Source: Dehalococcoidales bacterium | GTDB lineage: Bacteria; Chloroflexota; Dehalococcoidia; Dehalococcoidales; JAUWZL01 | Assembly: GCA_034413595.1 (NCBI GenBank) | Contig: DAOUMC010000019.1 | Location: 581-64,580 of the forward strand | Reading direction: 5' to 3' | DNA: 64,000 bases | Part shown: positions 19,562-27,899 of the stretch, piece by piece | Layout of the letters: each line of letters starts with the position of its first letter | Numbering within the stretch: the first letter of the stretch is position 1 | Made by a program: the position numbers and the translations under genes | The notes under the pieces: generated by a model | Database searches by the model: none | Told to the model about the DNA's origin: nothing | The model's input: only the letters and a program-made list of their open reading frames with translations

Positions 19562-21165
19562 GTGAGGACAGGCTGGGCATGGTCGTCGCCGGTTCGCTCG
19601 CCAAGGGGGTTGAGGTCAGGCTGGACAGCGGAGCCTCGGTGGAGGATATGGCCGTCGGTCGCTACGTGACCATTGAAGGGCAAAAGCGGCGCTTCCTGGG
19701 CATGATAACCGATGTCAGCCTGGGAGCGACCGACCAGAGGCTGGCCAGCAGCCCGCCGGATGTCTCCGACCCCTTTATCGCCGAGGTTCTGGCCGGCACC
19801 AGCACCTACGGCCGGCTCCGGGTGGTGCCCTACCTCGCCATCGGCGGCGACGCCCCGAGCCTGCTCCAGGGCCCCCAGCCGGTAAAGACTGTCCCCAGCC
19901 ACTTTTCGGCGGTCAACATAGCCCAGGACAGTGATATTGAGCTTGTATTTGGCAAAGAGGACAAACAAAGGTTCTGGATTGGCAACCCTCTGGATATGGA
20001 GACCAAGCTGTGCCTCAACCTGCCGGAGCTGGCCAAGCGAAGCAACGGCATCTTCGGCAAGAGCGGCACCGGCAAGACCTTCCTCACCCGAATGCTGCTC
20101 ATCGGCATGTTGCAGAAGGGCGCCTGTGCTAACCTGGTCTTTGACATGCACAGCGAGTACGGCTGGGAAGGCTCAAGCGAGGGAGGGCGCAAGGTCAAGG
20201 CCTTAAAACAGCTCTTCCCGGCAAAGGTGGCCGTGTTCACCCTGGACGAGGAGAACGCCAAAAGGCGCAAGGTCAGCACCGACTGCGTGGTCAAAATCGG
20301 CTATGACGAGATAGAGCCAGAGGACATGGTTCTCCTGCGCCAGACGTTGAACCTCACCGAGCCGGCGGTGGAAGCCATCTACCAGATGCGGCGGAGGTTT
20401 GGCCAGGACTGGCTGCTCAACACTCTAGAGCTGGATGACTCTGAAGGGACCAGGGCGCTGCTGGATGAACTAAGCATCCACGAGAGCACCCTCCAGAACC
20501 TCAAGCGCGGGCTGAACACCATCAGGCGGCTTCCCTTTATAGACAGGCAGACCGTCCAGAAAGTGGTTCCCCAGATTCTCAGCTACCTTGACCGTGGAAT
20601 AAACGTTGTCCTGGAGTTCGGCAGATACGCCGATATCACCGCCTACATCCTGATGGCCAACCTGCTCACCCGGCGCATCTATGACCGGTACCGGGAAAGG
20701 ACAGAAAGGGCGATGGCTGAAGAAACGGCACCTCCCACCCCGCTGGTCATCACCATTGAGGAAGCCCACAAGTTTTTAAACCCGGAGGTATCGGGGCAGA
20801 CCATCTTCGGCACCATCGCCCGCGAGATGCGCAAATACAATGTCACCCTGCTGGTTATTGACCAGCGCCCCAGCGGCATTGATGAGGAGGTCATGTCCCA
20901 GCTGGGCACAAAGATAACCTGCCTGCTGGACAATGAGCGTGACATGGACAGCGTGCTGGCCGGTGTCTCCGGCAGGAGCGAACTCAAATCGGTGCTGGCC
21001 AAGCTGGCGGCCAAGCAGCAGGCGCTCATCTTCGGGCATGCCGTGCCCATGCCGGTGGCCTTCCAGCCCCGGGAGTATGGCTCCGCCGAATCCTACAAAT
21101 GTTTTATGTCAACCGAGGAAGACGACCGGCAAGCTGAAAAAGACATTGAAGAGTTGTGGCAATAG
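19558..21165 (+). CDS. herA: HerA-type (DUF87, FtsK/HerA superfamily) hexameric ATPase/helicase
   Basis: N-terminal barrel, Walker A GKSGTGKT, Walker B LVITIEEAHKF, and LLVIDQRPSGIDEEVMSQLGTKI. Confidence 0.85.
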   Translation: MSEDRLGMVVAGSLAKGVEVRLDSGASVEDMAVGRYVTIEGQKRRFLGMITDVSLGATDQRLASSPPDVSDPFIAEVLAGTSTYGRLRVVPYLAIGGDAPSLLQGPQPVKTVPSHFSAVNIAQDSDIELVFGKEDKQRFWIGNPLDMETKLCLNLPELAKRSNGIFGKSGTGKTFLTRMLLIGMLQKGACANLVFDMHSEYGWEGSSEGGRKVKALKQLFPAKVAVFTLDEENAKRRKVSTDCVVKIGYDEIEPEDMVLLRQTLNLTEPAVEAIYQMRRRFGQDWLLNTLELDDSEGTRALLDELSIHESTLQNLKRGLNTIRRLPFIDRQTVQKVVPQILSYLDRGINVVLEFGRYADITAYILMANLLTRRIYDRYRERTERAMAEETAPPTPLVITIEEAHKFLNPEVSGQTIFGTIAREMRKYNVTLLVIDQRPSGIDEEVMSQLGTKITCLLDNERDMDSVLAGVSGRSELKSVLAKLAAKQQALIFGHAVPMPVAFQPREYGSAESYKCFMSTEEDDRQAEKDIEELWQ

Positions 21166-21234
21166 ACTGCTTTTTGAAAACAAACGGCTAATCACTACCT
21201 GATTTATTACCCCCGACCGTTTCCTCTGGACAAA

Positions 21235-21264
21235 TTGCCAACCGGATAACGGCATTGCTATAAT
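21235..21264 (+). promoter_or_regulatory. tRNA-Ala promoter TTGCCA-18-TATAAT
   Basis: The hexamers are at 21235-21240 and 21259-21264. The -10 ends 8 nt before the mature tRNA 5' end. Confidence 0.5.
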
Positions 21265-21272
21265 GTTCTCCC

Positions 21273-21345
21273 GGGGCCGTAGTTCAGTTGGGAGAACGCT
21301 TGATTTGCATTCAAGAGGTCAGGAGTTCGAATCTCCTCGGCTCCA
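21273..21345 (+). tRNA. tRNA-Ala (anticodon TGC), CCA not encoded
   Basis: Manually folded cloverleaf: acceptor GGGGCCG/CGGCTCC with G3:U70, anticodon loop TTTGCAT, T-loop TTCGAAT, discriminator A, followed by CGT. Confidence 0.93.
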
Positions 21346-21422
21346 CGTTCAGTTTTTCAACCTAAGGTGCCAGTAGGTGGTACCGCTATGTTCTCTTTCC
21401 CAGCAAGTAAAGGGGCCTGTGA

Positions 21423-21971
21423 ATGATAGGAAAAATGAGAGCTTCCATCTTAGCCTTGTTTATAATTCTCGCCCTAATCTCGATTTTCTTTCTGATTGCT
21501 TCCCTTATTTCAAAAATACTGAATCTCCCTTCATCTCTAAATCTGCCCGCTGCACTGCGAGTTGTGGGAGCAGTGTTGATGGGGGTTGGGATTGCGCTTA
21601 TACTTTGGCTTCTCAAGTATAGGAGACCTGTAACCATGCTAGTGTCAACATATTTTACATTCCGGAAGCTATTCACGAGAACTCCAATAGAGGAGATATC
21701 AGGGCGAGCAGAGCCATTAATCATAAGTGGCCCACAAAAGTATGTGAGACATCCGCTCTACCTTGGAGCCATAATCGTCTTTTTGGGCTGGGGCCTCCTG
21801 ACTGGAACAACGTCGAATTTGACCGCGACTTTGTTCATACTACTTTGGTTTCGGTTAGTACAGATTCCATTTGAAGAAAAGGAGATGCGTGCTCTCTTCA
21901 AAGATCAGTACGTGAAATATATGCATGATACACCGATGTTGATCCCATTTACGAAACAAAAGAGTCGTTGA
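21423..21971 (+). CDS. Isoprenylcysteine carboxyl / phospholipid methyltransferase-family membrane protein
   Basis: VRHPLYLGAIIVFLGWGL motif and multiple TM helices. Confidence 0.7.
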   Translation: MIGKMRASILALFIILALISIFFLIASLISKILNLPSSLNLPAALRVVGAVLMGVGIALILWLLKYRRPVTMLVSTYFTFRKLFTRTPIEEISGRAEPLIISGPQKYVRHPLYLGAIIVFLGWGLLTGTTSNLTATLFILLWFRLVQIPFEEKEMRALFKDQYVKYMHDTPMLIPFTKQKSR

Positions 21972-22410
21972 AATTTCTATGCTTAAATGCTAAGGCTGAA
22001 GACCAAGTCAAAGTCCTTGCCAGTATTACTTATTGATACCTCAGCCCCACCAAAGGAGACGATAACTAGAACTCTCCCTCGCGGAAGAGTCTTTTCAATA
22101 ACCTTCCCAAATAGTTTTATCACACCAGTACACTGTTACAGAGCAAATTCCTCAGTGCCAATTTTGTCCAATAGCCTTTATAGTGAAGCTGTCGCGTTTA
22201 TGCCAGATGCAGCGGACTTTACAGGAACTTGACAAGGACTAAAGTGGGTTGTAGTGTTTGCTAACACTACATGTAACATAAACGGCTTAGTCAACCCCGG
22301 GCCTCTGGAAAAGTGTCCGGCCTTGGGAAGGGAATATTTCCTACCACTCTAAAGGAAATGCTGGCAGCCAAAGAGGTATTTCAGGAAGAGGACGACACGG
22401 GACAGCTATC

Positions 22411-22815
22411 ATGAACAATATAGCCGTCTTTATTCTCATTCCCATCACAGGTTATCTAGGCCTTTGGATATTAGGAAGCGCACTTTTTATCGTCTACTTC
22501 AAGATATACAATGTCTCACTGGATTTGAAACATACCGTTGCTATGATTCGAAAGGTGCCCCCGGCACTGGCGATAATAACCGTCCCTCTCTGTAGTTTCC
22601 TGTCATTTTTCACAGCAACAAGGACATTCGGGGGAGCACTGGACGCTTCACAGTTCCTCCGGGTTGGTATAATATCCCTTTTGGCAACGATAGGATTAGA
22701 TTTGTTAATAACGGTAGTTGGTGAAAAGATAAACATCTTAACCTTCCCGCTAAATCTGATGTATTTGTTCGCCTGGTTAGTCATCGTCCCGTCTGTTATC
22801 CTGGCCGGTCACTGA
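22411..22815 (+). CDS. 4-TM membrane protein, unknown function
   Basis: Hydrophobicity pattern only. Confidence 0.45.
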   Translation: MNNIAVFILIPITGYLGLWILGSALFIVYFKIYNVSLDLKHTVAMIRKVPPALAIITVPLCSFLSFFTATRTFGGALDASQFLRVGIISLLATIGLDLLITVVGEKINILTFPLNLMYLFAWLVIVPSVILAGH

Positions 22816-22866
22816 AAATAGGAGAAGCAGCTTGCCTAGCACTCAAGCAATCGGGGTGGATAAAAA

Positions 22867-23289
22867 TTGAGCGCCATTGTAACGACTGCTAGCAGCATCA
22901 AAGCCCTGGTTATTGCCAGAAGTCTGGGCAGAAATGGGGTCAGGGTGACCACAGGAGACAAACAAAGGCACGCCCTGGCTTCCCTTTCCAGGTACTCATC
23001 CGGTTCCTTTATCTACCCCCCTCCCCAGCAATCGCCCCGGGAGTTCATAGCCAGATTGACCGAATTTGCCAAGCAGAATAGGCACGATGTCCTGATACCA
23101 ACTCACTCCGAAGACACCTATATCATCGCCGAGCACAGAGCCGAGCTGGAGCCCTTTATAAAAGTGCCCCTTCACGACTATTCGGCCATCATGAAAGCCA
23201 ACGACAAGGGATATGTGATGCAAGTAGCCGGCAAGCTGGGAATCCCCACCCCCAAGACAGTCTTCATTCAGAACTTTGATGAGCATTAA
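22867..23289 (+). pseudogene. ATP-grasp enzyme fragment (pre-ATP-grasp domain only, about 140 aa)
   Basis: The N-terminus is typical of ATP-grasp ligases (VIARSLGRNGVRV...KANDKGYVMQVAGKLGIPTPKT). The frame stops where the ATP-binding domain should begin. Its 3' end overlaps the convergent gene by 26 nt. Confidence 0.5.
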
Positions 23290-24232
23290 GAGACACGAGA
23301 TAGAAAGAAGCCAAGAAGGCGGTCTTGTCATCGCTCTGTCTCTCATAGACGGAGTATAAACCGAGAGGCACCAAGGCAAAGAGAAAGGGGAAAATGGCTT
23401 TAAATACCCATGTCCCTTCAATGCCAGACAGTGAAGAATAGGTGACAGGCAGGATGGTAACGCTAAGGACACTGTTGCTCTGGTTGGGAAGAGTCCAGTC
23501 CCAGAATAGATTTTGATTGGTCAAACCGTAGACGTAGTACTCAACTTTGATATCAGCCCCGGTAAGATAAGGAGAGATTAACGAGAGGTGATAGAAAAGG
23601 GAAAGGGCAATACTGAATACCGCCAGGGGGTATAGCCGCCTAGGAATGAAGACATTAAAGACAATGAGGACTACGACCAGCGCCACAAGGGCAATCAATA
23701 TCATGAGAACGATGTTGGAGTGGTAATAATTGACAAAATGAGTCCCGATAATGCTGAGCAGGGGAAGCAGGAGCAGAAAAACGGTCGGGGGCGACAGGAT
23801 TTCGCCCACATTCAGGTAATCCGGCGCTGAAAAACCCTTATCCCGGTAGTAGCTCCAGGCAGTTAGAGCGGCGAGGCTTGTCACTATAGTTGTGACCAGA
23901 GACAGTGTTCCCAGCGGAGATGACCACCCAAAGTAAGGGGAGATGACATTTATCAGGAAGCCGGCCAGCATCAGGAAGACGACACTCAAACCAACACAAT
24001 AAAGGATATTCTCGACCGGATTCAGCCGGTGTATCTTTAGCAGTCTGAGGATGATAAATCCAGGGATAAAGGCCAGATAGATAAAACCCACGGCCTCTCT
24101 AAAAACCGGTAAATCCAAACCACCGAGGTAAAACCCGTTGACCAGAAGCATCAGCGAGTGGGCGACTATCATCAGGACAATGTATTCCCTGATTCCCCAG
24201 TCGTTTATCTTGAAGGGGTTAAGTATTCGCAT
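23264..24232 (-). CDS. Polytopic membrane protein (DUF2206-like, possible glycan polymerase/oligosaccharyl-transferase-like), possibly C-terminally truncated
   Basis: About 9 TM helices. It lies in an operon with glycosyltransferase and epimerase genes. The start may be ATG 24230-24232 or 24301. Confidence 0.45.
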   Translation of the reverse strand: MRILNPFKINDWGIREYIVLMIVAHSLMLLVNGFYLGGLDLPVFREAVGFIYLAFIPGFIILRLLKIHRLNPVENILYCVGLSVVFLMLAGFLINVISPYFGWSSPLGTLSLVTTIVTSLAALTAWSYYRDKGFSAPDYLNVGEILSPPTVFLLLLPLLSIIGTHFVNYYHSNIVLMILIALVALVVVLIVFNVFIPRRLYPLAVFSIALSLFYHLSLISPYLTGADIKVEYYVYGLTNQNLFWDWTLPNQSNSVLSVTILPVTYSSLSGIEGTWVFKAIFPFLFALVPLGLYSVYERQSDDKTAFLASFYLVSLNAHQSSE

Positions 24233-24242
24233 CACCCCATCC

Positions 24243-25337
24243 TCATTCGCTTTCTCCCAGAACTTTCCGGTAAACCTGAATGGTCTTTTCACTAATCCCA
24301 TCCCACGAGAAATCCCTCTTTAGCTTCTGATAGCCCTTTTCGCCCATTTCCTCTCTTAAACCGTCATCTTTTAACAATTCAACCACCGCACCCGCCAGCG
24401 CCACTTCGTCCCCCGCGGGTACGATATACCCCGTTTTACCATCTTCTACAGCCTCAGGCAGACTGCCCACTCCGGTCACCACCACCGGTTTTTTAAAGGC
24501 ATAAGCCTGACCTACCACCCCGCTCTGAGACGCCTCAATGTAAGGCAGAACCACCAGAGAGCACTTCTGGAACAATTCCACCGCCTCCTTGAAGCCGACA
24601 TAGTGGTTATACACGATGAAACTCTCCCTGTTAACCATCAAACGCTCATACTTTTTGAAGTTCTCCCCTCTGCCAGCGATGACCATCTTCGCTCCCGGCA
24701 CCTCTCTGATAATTAAAGGTTCAGCCCTAATCAGATACTCCAGCCCCTTATACGGGCGAATCCGGCCGAAAAAGAGAACCACTTTCCCTTCTTCTTTGAG
24801 CCCTTTTACGTATCTTTTAAGCGGAGCGACATTGTGCTCACCGATGGGTATTACTTTTATCCTGCCGGCCGGGTAGCTGCCCGCCAGGAGCTCTTTTATC
24901 TTTTGACCGTGGACAAAGATATGCTCGGAATATCTCCTGGCCAGAAATAAAAGGAGCCTTGACCTGAGGTAATCTTCTCCTAGGTGGGGCCTAACATCGT
25001 GAAGAGTGGTCACCACATGATACCTTCTTAATCTTAGCCAGGGAAGAGTCAGCGAGAACCAGGGATGCCCGACTTGAAGGTGAACAATGTCTGGTTTAAA
25101 GGTAGATAGTTGCTTCAAAATATTCAGCACCAACAGCAAGTTTGCCGGGGAATAAAGCCGCGGCTGCTTATAGAAATATCTTTTGACCTGCCTCTCTATG
25201 GAGTCCAGATGCTCTTCTATACGTTGGTCGGGCAGCAGGAGAAAAGTATCTATTCCCCTCTGGGCCAGGGCATTGGCTAGTTGTATAGTATAGTCATTAA
25301 AGCCAAAGCCAAGCAGGGCAACCCTGATCGGGCGCAA
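24243..25337 (-). CDS. Glycosyltransferase family 4 (GT-B, GT1 clan)
   Basis: C-terminal E-x7-E region (LPYIEASQSGVVGQAYAFKKPVVVTGVGSLPEAVEDGKTGY). Confidence 0.85.
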   Translation of the reverse strand: MRPIRVALLGFGFNDYTIQLANALAQRGIDTFLLLPDQRIEEHLDSIERQVKRYFYKQPRLYSPANLLLVLNILKQLSTFKPDIVHLQVGHPWFSLTLPWLRLRRYHVVTTLHDVRPHLGEDYLRSRLLLFLARRYSEHIFVHGQKIKELLAGSYPAGRIKVIPIGEHNVAPLKRYVKGLKEEGKVVLFFGRIRPYKGLEYLIRAEPLIIREVPGAKMVIAGRGENFKKYERLMVNRESFIVYNHYVGFKEAVELFQKCSLVVLPYIEASQSGVVGQAYAFKKPVVVTGVGSLPEAVEDGKTGYIVPAGDEVALAGAVVELLKDDGLREEMGEKGYQKLKRDFSWDGISEKTIQVYRKVLGESE

Positions 25338-25373
25338 ACTGACTCTACCTCCTATGACTATTGTTGTATCAGG

Positions 25374-25568
25374 TTAAATATCTAGCTCGGCAGTCTGCTC
25401 TGGCGGCAACAGGTTGGGGATGCCATTCGTGATTGGATAGTGATGACCACATCTGGGGCAATACAGAGAACCACTGATTATCTCCTGTCCCTTCTCCTCT
25501 TCAATAGTGAGTTCAAGCTCCTGCTTGCACACCGGGCACACAAGTATTGCCATCATTTCCTTCTTCAT
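25374..25568 (-). CDS. Trm112-family zinc-ribbon protein
   Basis: LVCPVCKQ...YCPRCGHHYPITNGIPNLL. The start is set at the ATG that forms an ATGA overlap with the epimerase stop. Confidence 0.75.
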   Translation of the reverse strand: MKKEMMAILVCPVCKQELELTIEEEKGQEIISGSLYCPRCGHHYPITNGIPNLLPPEQTAELDI

Positions 25569-26512
25569 GGCTTGCTTCCTGTGAGATGCCATCCTATCGT
25601 CTCCCTCAGCCCGGCTTCCAGACTGTACCCCGGTTCATAACCAAAGGCCTTAGCCCTGGAAATATCAGCCAGGCTGTGCCTTATATCACCCGGTCTTGGC
25701 GCCTCATAAACCAGGGCAAGGTTGCTGCCCATAAGCTCAGCGATAAGCTTGGCCAGCCGGTTAATAGATATACCTTTGCCTCCGCCGATGTTGAAGATAC
25801 CGGTGGCACCGCTCTCGGCGGCCAATATATTGGCTTCCGCAGCGTCTCTGGCAAAGGTAAAATCCCTTGTCTGTTCTCCATCACCATAGATAACCGGCGG
25901 GCTTCCCTGAGAAATCTGGCTGATGAACCTGGGAATGACGGCAGCATATTCGGACTCTGAGTCCTGCCTGGGGCCATAAACATTGAAATATCTCAGGCAA
26001 ACAGCGGGCAGCCCGTAGACCCTGCGAAACACCCGGCAGTAGTACTCTCCGGCCAGCTTGGTTGTGGCATAAGGCGATTGCGGGCCCGGCAGCACATCCT
26101 CTTTCTGAGGCAAAACAGGACTATCGCCGTAGACCGACGATGACGAGGCATAGACCACTTTACTGACCCCACAATCCCTGGCCGCCAGAAGAACGTTAAG
26201 CGTCCCGGTGACATTTACCTCGTGATAGGCTTTCGGGTTATCTATGCTGAGGGGAACACCGGGGAGAGCCGCCAGGTGAAAGACACAACAAGTACCCTGG
26301 AAAACACTTTTGAGCAGAGGGAGGTCAACCACACTCCCCTGGATGAACTCCGCGCTCCCCTTGCCCAGCAGAGTCTCAATATTGGCCATTTTGCCACTGG
26401 ACAGGTCATCAAGGATGACAACCCGATAGCCCCGGCTGGCCAGCAGTTCCGCCAGATGCGAGCCAATGAAGCCGGCGCCGCCGGTAACGGCCACCTTCTT
26501 ATTATTTCTCAC
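25565..26512 (-). CDS. NAD-dependent sugar-nucleotide epimerase/dehydratase (SDR)
   Basis: VTGGAGFIGSHL Rossmann motif and catalytic YATTK. Confidence 0.88.
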   Translation of the reverse strand: MRNNKKVAVTGGAGFIGSHLAELLASRGYRVVILDDLSSGKMANIETLLGKGSAEFIQGSVVDLPLLKSVFQGTCCVFHLAALPGVPLSIDNPKAYHEVNVTGTLNVLLAARDCGVSKVVYASSSSVYGDSPVLPQKEDVLPGPQSPYATTKLAGEYYCRVFRRVYGLPAVCLRYFNVYGPRQDSESEYAAVIPRFISQISQGSPPVIYGDGEQTRDFTFARDAAEANILAAESGATGIFNIGGGKGISINRLAKLIAELMGSNLALVYEAPRPGDIRHSLADISRAKAFGYEPGYSLEAGLRETIGWHLTGSKP

Positions 26513-26769
26513 AGCGCATCACCGATATTCAATTTCCTTGTCGCCTAATTATAATCATCTGGTAGACAATTGACAATATTACTGTCCTTTAAGTGTCATA
26601 TGTCCAGTATATCGTCCTGTAAAATTTCTAAAAATTAATAACCTAACACTATCACAATCCATCACGCTAATTCCAGTGATGTCTTTTCATCAATATTATT
26701 TATCTTGACAAAAAGAAATACTTATGATAATCTATTCATTGAATAAACAAAGCGGAGGAGCCTTTAAAA

Positions 26770-27870
26770 ATGAGACCAGGGCGAATTCTAAAACGGTCAG
26801 CCGGAAAATGGCAACCCATCATCCTGCTTCTGGCTGCCTTGCTCATGCTTGCTATCCTGCCGGCGTGTCAGGGGAAGGCAAATAATTATCGCTCTACCGA
26901 AGAGGTCACAGCCAAGGAGAAGCAAGGGGTGGTGACCTTTGACATTACCATAGACACGCCGGAGAACGCCGGGAAGGTCAGCTTGTGGCTTCCCTACGTG
27001 ACCTCTAACGACTACCAGACAATTGAAGATGTCAGCGTAGAGGGCAATTTTGACTACAGCGGTGTTTACCGGGAAGCGGAACACGGCATCATCAGCCTCT
27101 ACGCCGAGTGGGACGAGCCTAAGGGGGATGCCAGACTGACCTACTCCTTCAAGATAACAAGGAAAGAAATCATAATGAAGAATTTCCCCAAGGAAGAGGG
27201 GCCGATTCCGGTCGAAATAGAGCAGTACCTGCTGCCGACGAGCCTGGGGCCGACCACCGGCGACGTCAAGGACGTTGCCGTTAAGGTCACCAAGGGACAA
27301 AAGACCATCCTGGGCAAGGCGATCGCCATCTATGATTACATCGTGGAAGAGGGTGAGCGCAATCCGGATATAAAGGGCTGTGGCATAGGCGATGTCGAAG
27401 CTCTGCTCCAAGACCTCTCAGGCAAGTGCAGCGACATTTCCTCGGTCTTTGTCGCCATGGCCAAGAGTGTCGGTGTTCCGGCGAGAGAGATTCTCGGCAT
27501 CAGAATGGCCCAGGAGGGGGATATAACAGGCGCTTATCACTGCCGGGCTGAATTCTATCTCCCGGGTTACGGCTGGGTGCCGGTTGACCCGTCAGACGTC
27601 CTCAAGTTCATGCTGACGCAGGGGTGCAGCCTTGCCGACCCGAAAACAGCCGAGGCCCGCCAGTATTTCTTCGGGGCCCAGACCGAGACCTACATTGACT
27701 TTTACCCGGGGAGAGACGTCATCCTGAGCCCGGCACAGGGCGGAGACCCGCTCAACTACTTTATGTACCCCTATGCCGAGGTCAACGGCAAACACCTGCC
27801 TTTTACCACCCCGGGACACCCGGTCAGCCAGGAAGGCCTGAAATACACGGTCACCTTCAGAGGGCTATAG
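26770..27870 (+). CDS. Transglutaminase-like cysteine protease-fold lipoprotein
   Basis: Lipobox LPAC. GKCSDISSVFVAMAKSVGVPAR...YHCRAEFYLPGYGWVPVDPSD forms a Cys-His-Asp core. Confidence 0.8.
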   Translation: MRPGRILKRSAGKWQPIILLLAALLMLAILPACQGKANNYRSTEEVTAKEKQGVVTFDITIDTPENAGKVSLWLPYVTSNDYQTIEDVSVEGNFDYSGVYREAEHGIISLYAEWDEPKGDARLTYSFKITRKEIIMKNFPKEEGPIPVEIEQYLLPTSLGPTTGDVKDVAVKVTKGQKTILGKAIAIYDYIVEEGERNPDIKGCGIGDVEALLQDLSGKCSDISSVFVAMAKSVGVPAREILGIRMAQEGDITGAYHCRAEFYLPGYGWVPVDPSDVLKFMLTQGCSLADPKTAEARQYFFGAQTETYIDFYPGRDVILSPAQGGDPLNYFMYPYAEVNGKHLPFTTPGHPVSQEGLKYTVTFRGL

Positions 27871-27899
27871 ATAGACGCTGGATGAAGAAAGGGGGCTAC

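Noticed and set aside
21987-22232. An 81-aa plus-strand ORF in the gene-free stretch after the ICMT-like gene.
   Set aside because: It has no SD and a low-complexity composition. The opposite strand shows a more protein-like but stop-interrupted remnant, so the region is treated as decayed or non-coding.
21346-26769. A classical tRNA-integrated genomic island with integrase and att repeats.
   Set aside because: No integrase gene is present, and I could not find any repeat of the tRNA-Ala 3' end. I report it only as a compositionally distinct accessory segment.
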